From a virus: a stretch of 64,000 nucleotides of DNA. This document shows positions 34,808 through 45,239 of the stretch, one piece after another. Below the pieces are notes generated by a model. The model was given only the letters and a program-made list of their open reading frames with translations, was not told where the DNA came from and made no database searches. Location: the IMG/VR virus record IMGVR_UViG_3300009104_001476, one strand, 5' to 3'. The stretch's first letter is position 1; every line of letters starts with the position of its first letter. The position numbers and the translations under genes are program-made.

Positions 34808-35740
34808 ATGATCTGTAAAGTCTGTAATAAAGAATTCGAAACAGAACGCCAACTTCATGCTCACTTAAAAGCTCATAAGTTGACGATGATAGAATATTAT
34901 CAACAATACTACCCCCGTTACGATCTATACGATAAAAAAATAATAAAATTTAAAAATAAAACTCAATACTTAAATACTGATTTTAACTCTAGGACTAATC
35001 TACGCATGTGGATGAAAGATAAGCCAGAAAATGAAGCTAAAGAATATTGCGCTTCTCTAATGAAAAAAAGAATAGAAAAAAAGGGCATAGAGTACGCTCC
35101 AACTCAAGTAGAGCTAAGAACTATTTTAAGTCCCCCTATTCAGTATCATGATAAGCTATTCGGATCTTACAACCAGTTCTGTGAGGGTTTAGGCCTAAAG
35201 ACTAAATTTGTATCTCCGGGAGAAATAGTCGAAGGCTCAAAATGGAAAGACGCTAAATACAAAATCTACGTAGATACGAGAGAGCAAAGACCTTTAAAAT
35301 TTAAAAATCGTCAAATAGAAATCAAAACTCTAAAGTTTGGAGATTACGCTTTTAGTAACAAGGAGGCGACCTGTAACTGTTATATAGAAAGAAAAAACTT
35401 GTCGGATTTCATAGGCACGATAAGTGGCGGCTACGAACGTTTTATAAATGAAATAGAAAGAGCCAAGGAAGCGGACGCTTATTTAGTTGTCCTAGTAGAA
35501 GACACCTTAACGAACTCGTTAAGCTTCCCATTCTTAAGGCATATATCTAAAAAAATTAAAGCTACTCCTGAATTTATTTTTAATAGAGTCAGAAGTCTTA
35601 CTCAGACTTATCCGCATATCCAATTTTTATTTGTTAAAGGCCGGGTAGAGTCCTCGAGGGTTATAGAAAAAATATTTACTAGCGGGTGCGTTCATGAAAA
35701 GATCGATCTCCAACTAGCATACGATACTAAGAAGTTATAA
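34808..35740 (+). CDS. C2H2 zinc finger plus ERCC4/XPF-family nuclease
   Basis: CKVC-x12-H-x3-H; VDTREQ, GDY and IERK motifs. Confidence 0.8.
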   Translation: MICKVCNKEFETERQLHAHLKAHKLTMIEYYQQYYPRYDLYDKKIIKFKNKTQYLNTDFNSRTNLRMWMKDKPENEAKEYCASLMKKRIEKKGIEYAPTQVELRTILSPPIQYHDKLFGSYNQFCEGLGLKTKFVSPGEIVEGSKWKDAKYKIYVDTREQRPLKFKNRQIEIKTLKFGDYAFSNKEATCNCYIERKNLSDFIGTISGGYERFINEIERAKEADAYLVVLVEDTLTNSLSFPFLRHISKKIKATPEFIFNRVRSLTQTYPHIQFLFVKGRVESSRVIEKIFTSGCVHEKIDLQLAYDTKKL

Positions 35741-37569
35741 TGTGGTACGCTCCAGAAAAATACAAAAAAGATATACTTGATGTAAATCAAGAGCTTCTTA
35801 AGTTGAAAGGTGATCTAGGAGAAAAAGAGGCCAAGATTACTCTTGTAAAGTTTCTAAAAGCTAACATAGGTTTTACCACGGAGCTTTTATCAGGAATTAA
35901 ATTAGCGCCCTATCAAGAGGTTACTCTTAAAGGATTATTTAATAGGAACTTTAGCATGTGTGTCTGGGGCCGTGGTTGTGGCAAATCTTTTATAGCTGCT
36001 GTTTACTGTTTTTTGCAATGTATTTTTGAGCCGGGAACGAAAATAATGATCGCTGGACCAACCTTTAGGACAGCTAGGAACATATTTACCAATTTAGAAA
36101 AGATGGTAGATTCGAAAGGCGCTGAATTGTTACGGCAAGCGTTTCATATACAACCCTCTAAAAGAAACGACCAATATGAATGGCAAATTAATGGAGGAAC
36201 GATAACAGCAATTCCGTTAAGCGGAGAAAAAATTCGTGGTTTTCGTGCAAACGTTTTGCTTTTAGACGAGTTCTTACTTCTTAGTGAAGACATAGTCAAA
36301 ACTGTTCTTATGCCATTCTTGGTAGCTCCACAGAACATGAAGGAAAGAATTGAAATCAGAGAAATAGAAGACAGACTAATTAAAGAAGGAGCGATGAAAG
36401 AAGAAGACCGAATGGTGTTCGAGAACGATTCTAAAATGATAGCTCTGTCTTCCGCTAGTTACACCTTCGAAAATTTATATAAAACCTACAAAGAGTGGGT
36501 GGAAAAAATTTACTCTAAAGAAGAGTTGGATGCGAGCTATTTTATATCTCAAATGGGATACGAAGCTTTACCGGAAGAGATGATAGACACAACCATTATC
36601 GAAGAAGCTCAAAACGGAGGACAAAGTCATTCAAGTTTTCAACGAGAATATTGTGCTCAGTTCACAGATGGCAGCGATTCTTACTTTAGTGCTAAAAAAA
36701 TGTTTGAGTGCACGGTCCCTGACGGAGATAAGCCAACCACTTTACTTAAAGGTAAACGAGATAAAAAATATATATTAGGAATTGATCCATCTTTTTCTAA
36801 TAGTCCCAGTTCTGATTATTTTGCGATGTCTATTCTAGAACTTGATGATGAAAGAAAAGACGGAACCTTGGTACACAGTTATGCCGTAGCTGGTGGAGAC
36901 TTAAAAGATCATATAAGATATCTTTATTATGTTATTAAAAACTTCGATATAGAAATGATTTGTATTGATAATGCCGGTTATCAATTTATCGACTCCGCTA
37001 ACGAATCTGAGTTATTTTTAAAAGACAACATAGACCTTAAATTCTTCGACTTTAATAGTGAAAAAGATGGCGATAATTATGCTATGGAATTAAAAAGAGC
37101 TAGAAGGGCTTACAATAAACAAAATGGAGCCATATGCTTTAAACAGGTATTCACTTCTGAGTTTATTCGAAAAGCCAACGAACACTTACAAGCGTGTATA
37201 GACCATAAAAAAATATGGTTCGCTTCCAAAACCTCTGCTCATGGCGACGTCTTTACAGGAGCGACAAAACAAAAGGTGGACGTTAGGCTAGTTTCGGAAG
37301 AGAACGTGGGCACATTTATAGAAACTCAAGACGACTTAATCTATCAGACAAAAAGGCAATGTGCTCTCGTAGAGGTTAAAACTACCGCAAGAGGTACGCA
37401 AACTTTCGATTTACCTCATCATCTGAAGCGTAGCACTTCTGCCTCAAGAGCTAGAAAAGATAATTATACCACATTAATGCTTGCAAATTGGGCTTTAAAG
37501 TCTTATTATGATATGATGGAAATAAATTTAGAAGACCAAGACGCTACTTTCGTCCCGAGGATGATATAA
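35740..37569 (+). CDS. terL: terminase large subunit
   Basis: Walker A GRGCGKS, Walker B RGFRANVLLLDE, ALSSA coupling motif, RNase H-like GIDPS...SDY. Confidence 0.88.
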   Translation: MWYAPEKYKKDILDVNQELLKLKGDLGEKEAKITLVKFLKANIGFTTELLSGIKLAPYQEVTLKGLFNRNFSMCVWGRGCGKSFIAAVYCFLQCIFEPGTKIMIAGPTFRTARNIFTNLEKMVDSKGAELLRQAFHIQPSKRNDQYEWQINGGTITAIPLSGEKIRGFRANVLLLDEFLLLSEDIVKTVLMPFLVAPQNMKERIEIREIEDRLIKEGAMKEEDRMVFENDSKMIALSSASYTFENLYKTYKEWVEKIYSKEELDASYFISQMGYEALPEEMIDTTIIEEAQNGGQSHSSFQREYCAQFTDGSDSYFSAKKMFECTVPDGDKPTTLLKGKRDKKYILGIDPSFSNSPSSDYFAMSILELDDERKDGTLVHSYAVAGGDLKDHIRYLYYVIKNFDIEMICIDNAGYQFIDSANESELFLKDNIDLKFFDFNSEKDGDNYAMELKRARRAYNKQNGAICFKQVFTSEFIRKANEHLQACIDHKKIWFASKTSAHGDVFTGATKQKVDVRLVSEENVGTFIETQDDLIYQTKRQCALVEVKTTARGTQTFDLPHHLKRSTSASRARKDNYTTLMLANWALKSYYDMMEINLEDQDATFVPRMI

Positions 37570-37648
37570 ATTCTCATTTAAGGTTATTTTAGCTCATTTT
37601 TTTAAATTTTAGTTTTTTTTTATTCGTCAGTGTAATATTATCTAAGTT

Positions 37649-39592
37649 ATGCCAGCTAAAAAGACCCAAACTACGAACGCGAAACAAGGGAAACCTTCTA
37701 TAGAAAAAAAGGCTTCTAGGAGGAAAAAGACCTCAAACGAAAGTACCCCCTTGATGACATCCTCTGCTTCTGCTAGGCAAGACACTGGGGTAAGAAGAAA
37801 CAAATCTGGCTCTATAGTCCGAACGGACCGGTTTAGGAACATTGACGAAGGAATGGTTCCCTTTAACTATTCTCTGGGCCCGTATGGAAAATCAGCAACA
37901 AATTTAGACGTAAGAGATACAGTCATCTTATGCCAAAAAGCTTATTATAATTTTGCTGTATTTAGAAACACTATCGATCTTATGACAGAGCTTTCTGTAA
38001 GCGAAGTTTATCTTACGGGTGGAAGTAAGAAGTCTAGGGAATTTTTTAACGCTTTTTTCAAGAAAGTTAATTTGAAAAGTCTACTTGATCGATTTTTCAG
38101 AGAGTATTATAGGTCAGGGAACGTTTTTTTATATAAGTTCGAAAAAGATATTACTAAAGCGGATGCGAAAAGACTGACTCAGACTTACGCTAACACTCTA
38201 GGCAAAATTTCAATTCCTGTTAGGTATACCTTGTTGAATCCCGCAGATATACAAGTAAGCGGTAATATCTCTTTCGCTACTGGAAAATTTTATAAAGTAT
38301 TAAACTCTTATGAAATGATGAGGTTAAAGAACCCTCAGACAGAAGAAGACTACGAGGTTTTAGAAAGTCTTCCTAAAGAAACTAAAGAGCAATTAAATAA
38401 TCAGTCCAAGCAATCCAACTCTATTCTAACCTTACCTTTGGACCCGAATAAAGTTTCAGCAGTTTTTTATAAGAAGCAAGATTATGAGCCTTTCGGAGTT
38501 CCGATGGGTTACCCAGTTTTAGAAGACATAAACTGGAAAGCTGAATTAAAAAAAATGGACATGGCTCTGACTCGGACTATGCAACAAATGATTTTACTTG
38601 TCACCATGGGTACCGAGCCCGACAAAGGAGGAGTGAACCAAAAGAATTTAGCGGCCATGCAGAGCCTTTTCGAAAATGAATCAATAGGCCGGGTTCTGAT
38701 TGCAGATTATACGACAAAAGCAGAATTCGTTATCCCTAAGATTGCAGACTTACTAGACCCTAAAAAATATGAAGTGGTAGATAGAGATATACAAATGGGT
38801 TTAAATAATGTTTTAGTAGGGGGAGAAAAATTCGCTAACCAAAGCGCAAGAATCGATGTGTTTATAGCTAGACTAACCCAAGCGAGAGAAACTTTTATTA
38901 ACGACTTCTTAATGCCTGAAATTAAATCTATAGCTAAAAAATTAGGCTTAAGAAATTATCCTACTCCAATTTTTGAAGACATTAAATTGAAAGACCCTTA
39001 TAACAACAATAGAATCTATAGTCGTTTAATTGAGTTAGGTATTTTAACACCAGAAGAAGGTTTAGAGGCTTTGCAGAGCGGTAGATTACCGACTAAAGAA
39101 GAATCTCTTGAGTCTCAAAAAGAATATGTAGACTACAAAGAGGAAGGCTTGTTCGCGCCTATAGCACCAAATCAAGACGCTGAAGAAGGCTCTAGTCAAA
39201 CAGGCAGTGGTAGACCCAACGGGACGACCAGCCCTCAAAACACAAAAACTATCAAACCGATAGGTGAAGGAGTGGGAAAGGAAATTTTTTCTCTTGAGAA
39301 GGTTAAAGATAACATGATTTTAGCCCAAAAATTAAATAATAAAATTGAGACAGAGCTTAAGAAAAAACACGAGCTTAAAGAATTGTCTCGAGAGCAATTA
39401 AATATAGCTTCTCAAATAGCAGACATAATCATAGTGAACGAAGAGCCTAAGTCTTGGATAAGAAAAGCTAAGAGCTATTTAAATAAGCCCGTAGATAAAA
39501 ATTTAGATAAGGTCAAAGAGGTTCAAAAGCTTGCTGCTGACCATCAGGTTGATGAATATTTAGCGGGTATATTATATGTTAGTAAAAAGTAA
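37649..39592 (+). CDS. portal protein (probable)
   Basis: 647 aa directly after terL; AVFRNTID, REYYRSGNVF and PFGVP patterns. Confidence 0.72.
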   Translation: MPAKKTQTTNAKQGKPSIEKKASRRKKTSNESTPLMTSSASARQDTGVRRNKSGSIVRTDRFRNIDEGMVPFNYSLGPYGKSATNLDVRDTVILCQKAYYNFAVFRNTIDLMTELSVSEVYLTGGSKKSREFFNAFFKKVNLKSLLDRFFREYYRSGNVFLYKFEKDITKADAKRLTQTYANTLGKISIPVRYTLLNPADIQVSGNISFATGKFYKVLNSYEMMRLKNPQTEEDYEVLESLPKETKEQLNNQSKQSNSILTLPLDPNKVSAVFYKKQDYEPFGVPMGYPVLEDINWKAELKKMDMALTRTMQQMILLVTMGTEPDKGGVNQKNLAAMQSLFENESIGRVLIADYTTKAEFVIPKIADLLDPKKYEVVDRDIQMGLNNVLVGGEKFANQSARIDVFIARLTQARETFINDFLMPEIKSIAKKLGLRNYPTPIFEDIKLKDPYNNNRIYSRLIELGILTPEEGLEALQSGRLPTKEESLESQKEYVDYKEEGLFAPIAPNQDAEEGSSQTGSGRPNGTTSPQNTKTIKPIGEGVGKEIFSLEKVKDNMILAQKLNNKIETELKKKHELKELSREQLNIASQIADIIIVNEEPKSWIRKAKSYLNKPVDKNLDKVKEVQKLAADHQVDEYLAGILYVSKK

Positions 39593-39594
39593 TT

Positions 39595-40692
39595 ATGTTG
39601 CGAAACCGAATCATTCACCAGAATGAGCTTCTGTATGTTGGACACGCTTTAGAATCCGGTCAAACATATTCTGCCCCTATCGTTACTAATCTAGATAAAG
39701 TCCAGTCTATCTCTTACGAATTCGCTTATGGTAGGTCTGAAGTTTCTGTAGTTGGAGAATCTAGCCCCGTTGATAGGCCCGTTAATTCTAGCCCTATAAC
39801 AAATTTAAATATCGATTATTTAATTGGCTCTTTCCATAATGAAAAACACTTAGGAATGAAAATTACGCCTCAAGGTTTTAGTTCTAGTTTTGCTTTATTA
39901 AGCGGTTTAGCAGACGAAACAGATAGAAGTAACGATAGGAGAAATCTATATTTAGTTACAAGCGAACAGGGCGTAGATGTGATGGAGGGGCAAACCGGGA
40001 ACATAAGCGGGGTGCTATGTTTTCACGATTGTCAAATAAATAGTTACAATGCTAGTTTTACAGTAGGCGACTTACCTAGGGCTTCAATATCTTTGCAAGG
40101 GGTAAACGCAAGTTACTTTAGTTCGGGCTCAGGTTTAGATGTAAAAGTCTTGGATAGAAAAACTGCGGACACGGCAGATACTATAGATGTTTCCATACCC
40201 ATGTCAGGGAACCAGATTTCTTTTTCAGAGACTTTTATTCCCGGAGAGATTAATGTAGAATTCTATAACTCTGACGGTAGCCCTATAGCGACCACTGGAT
40301 TTACTCCGATCACAAACCAAAAAGTCCAATCTTTTGATTTAAGTTTTTCCATTAATAGAAATGAAATTAATTTAGTTGATCATAAGATTAATTATGACAG
40401 ATTGTTGTCTACCCCAATTATAGGAACAAGCTCTATGTCAATTATAGATCACGGAACTCAATCTGGAGACTTATCCGACGTTCTTAATAACTCTGAAGAG
40501 TATAAGATAATAACTAAAATAATGCATAACTCTGCTCATAAAATGAGCTTTACTCTCAATAAAGTAAAAATAGATAAAATAAGTTACTCTCACTCTATAG
40601 GCGACAAGAAAATGATTAACCTTGCCCTCTCTTTCCCTATTGACCCGTTCAATGAAAACAAAAGCCTTAATTTCAGTGGTGCTTATTATTAG
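39595..40692 (+). CDS. structural protein, possibly tail-tube-like with two repeated beta domains
   Basis: Two related segments, VQSISYE...R and VQSFDLS...R. Confidence 0.45.
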   Translation: MLRNRIIHQNELLYVGHALESGQTYSAPIVTNLDKVQSISYEFAYGRSEVSVVGESSPVDRPVNSSPITNLNIDYLIGSFHNEKHLGMKITPQGFSSSFALLSGLADETDRSNDRRNLYLVTSEQGVDVMEGQTGNISGVLCFHDCQINSYNASFTVGDLPRASISLQGVNASYFSSGSGLDVKVLDRKTADTADTIDVSIPMSGNQISFSETFIPGEINVEFYNSDGSPIATTGFTPITNQKVQSFDLSFSINRNEINLVDHKINYDRLLSTPIIGTSSMSIIDHGTQSGDLSDVLNNSEEYKIITKIMHNSAHKMSFTLNKVKIDKISYSHSIGDKKMINLALSFPIDPFNENKSLNFSGAYY

Positions 40693-40703
40693 TGTAAAGA
40701 CTA

Positions 40704-41867
40704 ATGGTAATCACCATGAATGAAGAAAGCCAAAATAAAACAACACCTTTAAACGAATATCAATACGGCTCCCCGGACTTAATTGTGCCTGATATTCCTA
40801 TGCCTGCTCCTCCGGAACCTAAGAAAGAAGTCGTAGATAAAGTCGATGGAGCTTTTCGGTTTGCTTTTGTCGGAGCGGGACAAGGCGGCTCTAGGATTGC
40901 AGAGATTTTTCACAAACTAGGCTATCGAAAAATAGCCGTCATGAATACCGCTCAGCAAGATTTAAATTTAATAAAAGTAGAACATAAACTATGCATAGGT
41001 GACGGTGGTGCGGGCAAAGAGCCTTCTGTAGCAAGAAAAAAGTTTGATGAAAGAAAAGAAGACGTTTTTGATTTTCTGAGAGATTCTTTAGGAGAAGGCG
41101 TTGATAGATATTTTATTTGTGCGGGCGCTGGAGGGGGAACGGGCGCGGGGACGGTGATGCCTTTAATTGAAACTGCTTCAGAATTGCAAAAATCTCAAGG
41201 GTCTTCAACCGATAAAGTAGGAGTAATTTTAGCTTTACCAAAAGTCTCAGAAGGGACAAAAGTTAATGCTAATGCTTATCAGGTTTTAGAAGAAGTATAC
41301 AGCGCTGTAGAAAGCGGCTTAGTCTCTCCTTTGGTTGTTGTCGACAACGAAAAAATAAATAAACTTTACCCCGGTCTTGGCGTGGCTCCGTTTTGGCAAA
41401 CAGCTAATATGAGTATAGCTGGACTATTCCATTTGTTCAATAATACTGCTACTAAAGACAGTTCTTTTTCTACTTTTGACACAAACGACTACAAACAGGT
41501 TCTCGATTCAGGCATGATAGTTTTCGGAGCTACCCAAATAATGCAATGGGAAAATCCAAGCGATATAGCTCAAGCAGTTAGAGACAACTTAAAAACTAAT
41601 GTCCTTTCGGGAGGTGTAGACTTATCTACTGGCACTAGCGCAGGAGTAATCATGATAGGGGGGAACGAGGTCTTAAATAACGTTCCTCAGGATCACCTAG
41701 ATAAAGCATTTGAACAATTTACTAGAATACTAGCAAATGGTAGCGTGGTGCATAGAGGTATCTATAGCGGTAACAAAGATAATCTAACAGCTTATACCAT
41801 GATTGGGGGCTTAGGTAAACCTCATGAGAAGCTGGAAGAACTTAAAAAACATGGAGGGCTTTTATAA
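40704..41867 (+). CDS. tubulin/FtsZ-family GTPase
   Basis: GAGQGGSRIA, GDGGAG, signature GAGGGTGAGT, DNE, and T7-like loop FDTND. Confidence 0.9.
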   Translation: MVITMNEESQNKTTPLNEYQYGSPDLIVPDIPMPAPPEPKKEVVDKVDGAFRFAFVGAGQGGSRIAEIFHKLGYRKIAVMNTAQQDLNLIKVEHKLCIGDGGAGKEPSVARKKFDERKEDVFDFLRDSLGEGVDRYFICAGAGGGTGAGTVMPLIETASELQKSQGSSTDKVGVILALPKVSEGTKVNANAYQVLEEVYSAVESGLVSPLVVVDNEKINKLYPGLGVAPFWQTANMSIAGLFHLFNNTATKDSSFSTFDTNDYKQVLDSGMIVFGATQIMQWENPSDIAQAVRDNLKTNVLSGGVDLSTGTSAGVIMIGGNEVLNNVPQDHLDKAFEQFTRILANGSVVHRGIYSGNKDNLTAYTMIGGLGKPHEKLEELKKHGGLL

Positions 41868-41868
41868 T

Positions 41869-42300
41869 ATGTCAATCGAATTGATAACAATGGCTGCTGG
41901 AGGAATAACCGGCTTTATCTTCAGATACTTAGCTGAACGAGCAAAAGAGAGAGCAGAGATTTATAAAATGGCCTTAGGCATTAAAAAAGCCCAAGACGAT
42001 TCTGCTGATAGAGCGGCTAAGAGGGTTCCAATAGATGCTGGTAAGTGGGTTAGAAGAGCTATAGTTTGCGCTATACTATTTGCAGTTGTTTTAGCTCCAT
42101 TCATTTTATCTTTATTAGGTCATTCTACAATCGTGCAGATAGAGACAGAAGCTCCAACTTGGTTCTTCGGTCTATTTGGGGGAGGCACGGAAGTTTTATT
42201 TGTAGAGATGAAAGGTTACTTAATGGTCCCAGAAGTGAGGCAAGCTTTGACAGCGATCATAGGATTTTATTTTGGGAACGCAGCAGCTAAAACGAGGTGA
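41869..42300 (+). CDS. membrane protein (holin-like)
   Basis: 2-3 hydrophobic helices ending AIIGFYFG. Confidence 0.55.
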   Translation: MSIELITMAAGGITGFIFRYLAERAKERAEIYKMALGIKKAQDDSADRAAKRVPIDAGKWVRRAIVCAILFAVVLAPFILSLLGHSTIVQIETEAPTWFFGLFGGGTEVLFVEMKGYLMVPEVRQALTAIIGFYFGNAAAKTR

Positions 42301-42328
42301 AATTAAACTGTTATTCGGGCTTTCTATT

Positions 42329-43024
42329 ATGAAGCTATTTATTCTATCTTTACTTGTGCTCATCGGTTGTTTGTCGGGTTGTAAAACAGGAGGATCTTGG
42401 GTTAAGTCCGCCTCTCCAAATATTAAGGTTATCTCGCCAAGCGATTTAATAAAGAACCCGAACGGAACTTTCCGTTTGAAAGATGGCAATACCCTTCCCG
42501 AAAAAGAAAAAGTTACTTCGAAAGAAATACCTCCGCCTAAAAAAGTCAACAAGCCTCAGGTAATTAACGAGCCTCAAAAAACAGAAAATAAAATTGTTAG
42601 CGAAAAAGTTAAGCTTCAGGGCGCGAAATCTAAACCTACCGCTCCAGCTAACTCTAGCGTAAAACCCCAACCTTTTCCTTCTGACCAAGTCAAAGCCTCC
42701 GGAAGCGAGACTGCTTTTGAGCCAACCGTAACTGACATAAGGATGAATATTGTGCCTAAAAATACAGAGCCTAAAGGAAAAGTTGACAAATCAATCGATA
42801 CCGTTATTATAGAGGAAGAAAAAATGAAAATAGATTGGGCAGGATTATTTATGTTTTATTTCATGGCAATTATGATATTGATCATGAGTTGGATGGTTTA
42901 CGACTTAATAAAAGACTTTTTGTACAATAAGAAAAGGAATAAAGAAATAAACCCTTTTAAAAAAGAAGAAGCTAAAAAGCCCCTCTATGGCGCAAAAGGT
43001 CGCAAAAGACGTCGAAAAGAATAA
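42329..43024 (+). CDS. lipoprotein with Pro/Lys linker and C-terminal TM helix
   Basis: LSG-C lipobox plus a C-terminal TM segment, a topology reminiscent of unimolecular spanins. Confidence 0.5.
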   Translation: MKLFILSLLVLIGCLSGCKTGGSWVKSASPNIKVISPSDLIKNPNGTFRLKDGNTLPEKEKVTSKEIPPPKKVNKPQVINEPQKTENKIVSEKVKLQGAKSKPTAPANSSVKPQPFPSDQVKASGSETAFEPTVTDIRMNIVPKNTEPKGKVDKSIDTVIIEEEKMKIDWAGLFMFYFMAIMILIMSWMVYDLIKDFLYNKKRNKEINPFKKEEAKKPLYGAKGRKRRRKE

Positions 43025-43111
43025 AAATCATTTCTTATCGTTTCCGAGAGTCGTAGTTTTATTTTACGGCTCTTTTTTTTATGGTGTAATAAAAAAATAG
43101 GATTATTTGTT

Positions 43112-43495
43112 ATGAAATATTTAAAAGAAGCGCCAAGCCACATCTGGACGTTCATACATAAACATACTAACGTAGTTGTCACCGTTTTAATTTGTTTGTG
43201 TTTTTTCTTCTTCTATAAAATATCTAACGACACGAAGCATTACGAAAAATTACATAATCTTCAAATGGAAAACGTAATGCTGTCCAATGAGTTAGGACAA
43301 GCGATTGACATGATCACTGAACAAGGAAGACATGTAAATAAAATAGAAGAGAGTCTAGAGCTGAGAACGCAGCAATTAAATGAAGCTGCAGCGTTTGTAA
43401 ATTTTCTAATCGAGAAGTTAAAGAGTTTAGGAGAATGGCCCCCTAAAGAGGACCCATCCCCAAAACCCGGTAATCCTACCAGAAGCGAAGCTTAA
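43112..43495 (+). CDS. membrane-anchored coiled-coil protein
   Basis: TM helix followed by a heptad-rich region. Confidence 0.6.
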   Translation: MKYLKEAPSHIWTFIHKHTNVVVTVLICLCFFFFYKISNDTKHYEKLHNLQMENVMLSNELGQAIDMITEQGRHVNKIEESLELRTQQLNEAAAFVNFLIEKLKSLGEWPPKEDPSPKPGNPTRSEA

Positions 43496-43507
43496 GGAAG
43501 GATAACC

Positions 43508-43777
43508 ATGAAAGAAAATGTACGCTTGTATACCAAGCAAAATAGGCATTGGTGGTCTCATGAGAAAAATACCAAATGGGCCATACAAGATAAAGAAGGG
43601 TATTGGTGGCTTGTCGGTGGTTCTGAATTTCCAGAAAAGAAAATAGAAGAAAAAGAAATGAAATGCGGACTTCCTCCAACCTTCGATTTAAAGACTCTTG
43701 TTTGGAGAATATTTCTAGGGGCGCTTATCGGAACTTTCATCGGTATAGTCATAGGTTTAATTATCCTTTCATTATGA
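43508..43777 (+). CDS. membrane protein
   Basis: C-terminal TM helix. Confidence 0.6.
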   Translation: MKENVRLYTKQNRHWWSHEKNTKWAIQDKEGYWWLVGGSEFPEKKIEEKEMKCGLPPTFDLKTLVWRIFLGALIGTFIGIVIGLIILSL

Positions 43778-44295
43778 GTAAATACATAATATACTTCATA
43801 ATAATTTCTTATTTATCTTTATTTAATATAGGATGTTCTCTTTTTCGTCCAGACTCTTTAAGTAGAGAAGATGGCTACTACACTCAACATCTCCAATCTT
43901 GTGGCCCTAGGGCTGCTCAAAAAGCTATTCAGAATTTAAAGAAGCACGGAGTTTGGGATGAGAGATATATAACCGTTTTAGAGGTAGGCAAAAAAATACA
44001 AAATAATGGAGGTAACGCTTCTAGGCTCTTTTTATCTTTGTTCAACCATAGAACCATGCAAATAACCTTTCCTTACGAGATGGAAAGATTTTTTGAGAAG
44101 GAAGGGTTTAAAGTGTCTCGGGTTAAGTCTTTAAAAGGGTTAGACCCAGAAACAGATACAGCCTTAGTCCTAGTAAGGGGTTCTGTCCTCTCAAAATATT
44201 GGCATTGGGTGTGTTTCCCTACGGATCATTTTATTGAGGACTATTTCGGGAAAGAGACTAAAATCCATATAATTCTGCTGGTTGAAAAAAAGTAA
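43774..44295 (+). CDS. peptidase C39-like lipoprotein
   Basis: QSCGPRA (Q-x-C) and HWV motifs. Confidence 0.6.
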   Translation: MSKYIIYFIIISYLSLFNIGCSLFRPDSLSREDGYYTQHLQSCGPRAAQKAIQNLKKHGVWDERYITVLEVGKKIQNNGGNASRLFLSLFNHRTMQITFPYEMERFFEKEGFKVSRVKSLKGLDPETDTALVLVRGSVLSKYWHWVCFPTDHFIEDYFGKETKIHIILLVEKK

Positions 44296-44341
44296 AATTT
44301 TTCTTGTCATTTTTTCATTGGGAGCTATAATGTTCCTGAAT

Positions 44342-44554
44342 ATGAAAAGAATATATATATTAATTGCTGTGTTGTCTATCTTTACGCTAGGCACGGGCTG
44401 TAGTACAACTTGCAAGCTTCCTTCTGTAACTTTAGGAGGAGCAGCAAACCAAAAAGCGCTTATTGGCGCTTCTGCGGGAAAAAAGGGCTTAAATTTAACT
44501 GCACCGTTAGTTAATGTTGACGTCCCTTTCCCTTCTGCTTCTGTTGACAAATAA
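44342..44554 (+). CDS. small lipoprotein
   Basis: LGTG-C lipobox; terminator at about 44582-44620. Confidence 0.6.
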   Translation: MKRIYILIAVLSIFTLGTGCSTTCKLPSVTLGGAANQKALIGASAGKKGLNLTAPLVNVDVPFPSASVDK

Positions 44555-44669
44555 TCCAAAAGACTAGAAGCTCTATTATATAACCTCGCACCTGAGACAT
44601 GGTGTGAGGTTTTTTTTATTTTTTTTATAATTTTAAATATCTTACCGTATAATTGTCGTGTATTTATAG

Positions 44670-45215
44670 GTGGGGGAAACCCTAGTCTTTATGGATTGCT
44701 TAATATTTGAAAACTCAGGTTTAAATGATAATCATGAGTCTCCCGAGGCAGACGGCCGAGCTCGTCAGCAGGAGGCTATTGATTTTTCTAATTTATTGAT
44801 TGGCCTTTTTGAGGACGTTTGCGAGGACGTCGAAGAGGTCTCTATAGAAGATTTAAAAAAGGTCTATGTCAAAGCTGCTCATAACTGCGAGACTGACAAA
44901 TGCTCGAACATTAACCTTTGGGCTTTAGCTAGAATCAATATGTTTATTAGAATGAAATCTCAGAAAGAAATCAAGCAAACTTCTGAGTCTTCTTTGAAGC
45001 AACCTATATCTAAGATTACCGAGATTCAATTAGAGTCTCCTTTTTTTTATGAAGATTTACAGTCTATCGATATCACAGCAAAATGGGAGCCTTCTCCTGA
45101 AGACTTTTCTTTAGCAGAGCAGTTCATAAATAAGTATGATTTAAAGTTTACCTTCTCAAGTGTTGATGATCTGTATATCGAAGAATACAAACCTTTGGAG
45201 CTAGAGCTCGAGTAA
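44670..45215 (+). CDS. hypothetical protein
   Basis: ORF; the start codon is uncertain. Confidence 0.55.
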   Translation: MGETLVFMDCLIFENSGLNDNHESPEADGRARQQEAIDFSNLLIGLFEDVCEDVEEVSIEDLKKVYVKAAHNCETDKCSNINLWALARINMFIRMKSQKEIKQTSESSLKQPISKITEIQLESPFFYEDLQSIDITAKWEPSPEDFSLAEQFINKYDLKFTFSSVDDLYIEEYKPLELELE

Positions 45216-45239
45216 AAGCGGTGTAATTATTATTACGTT

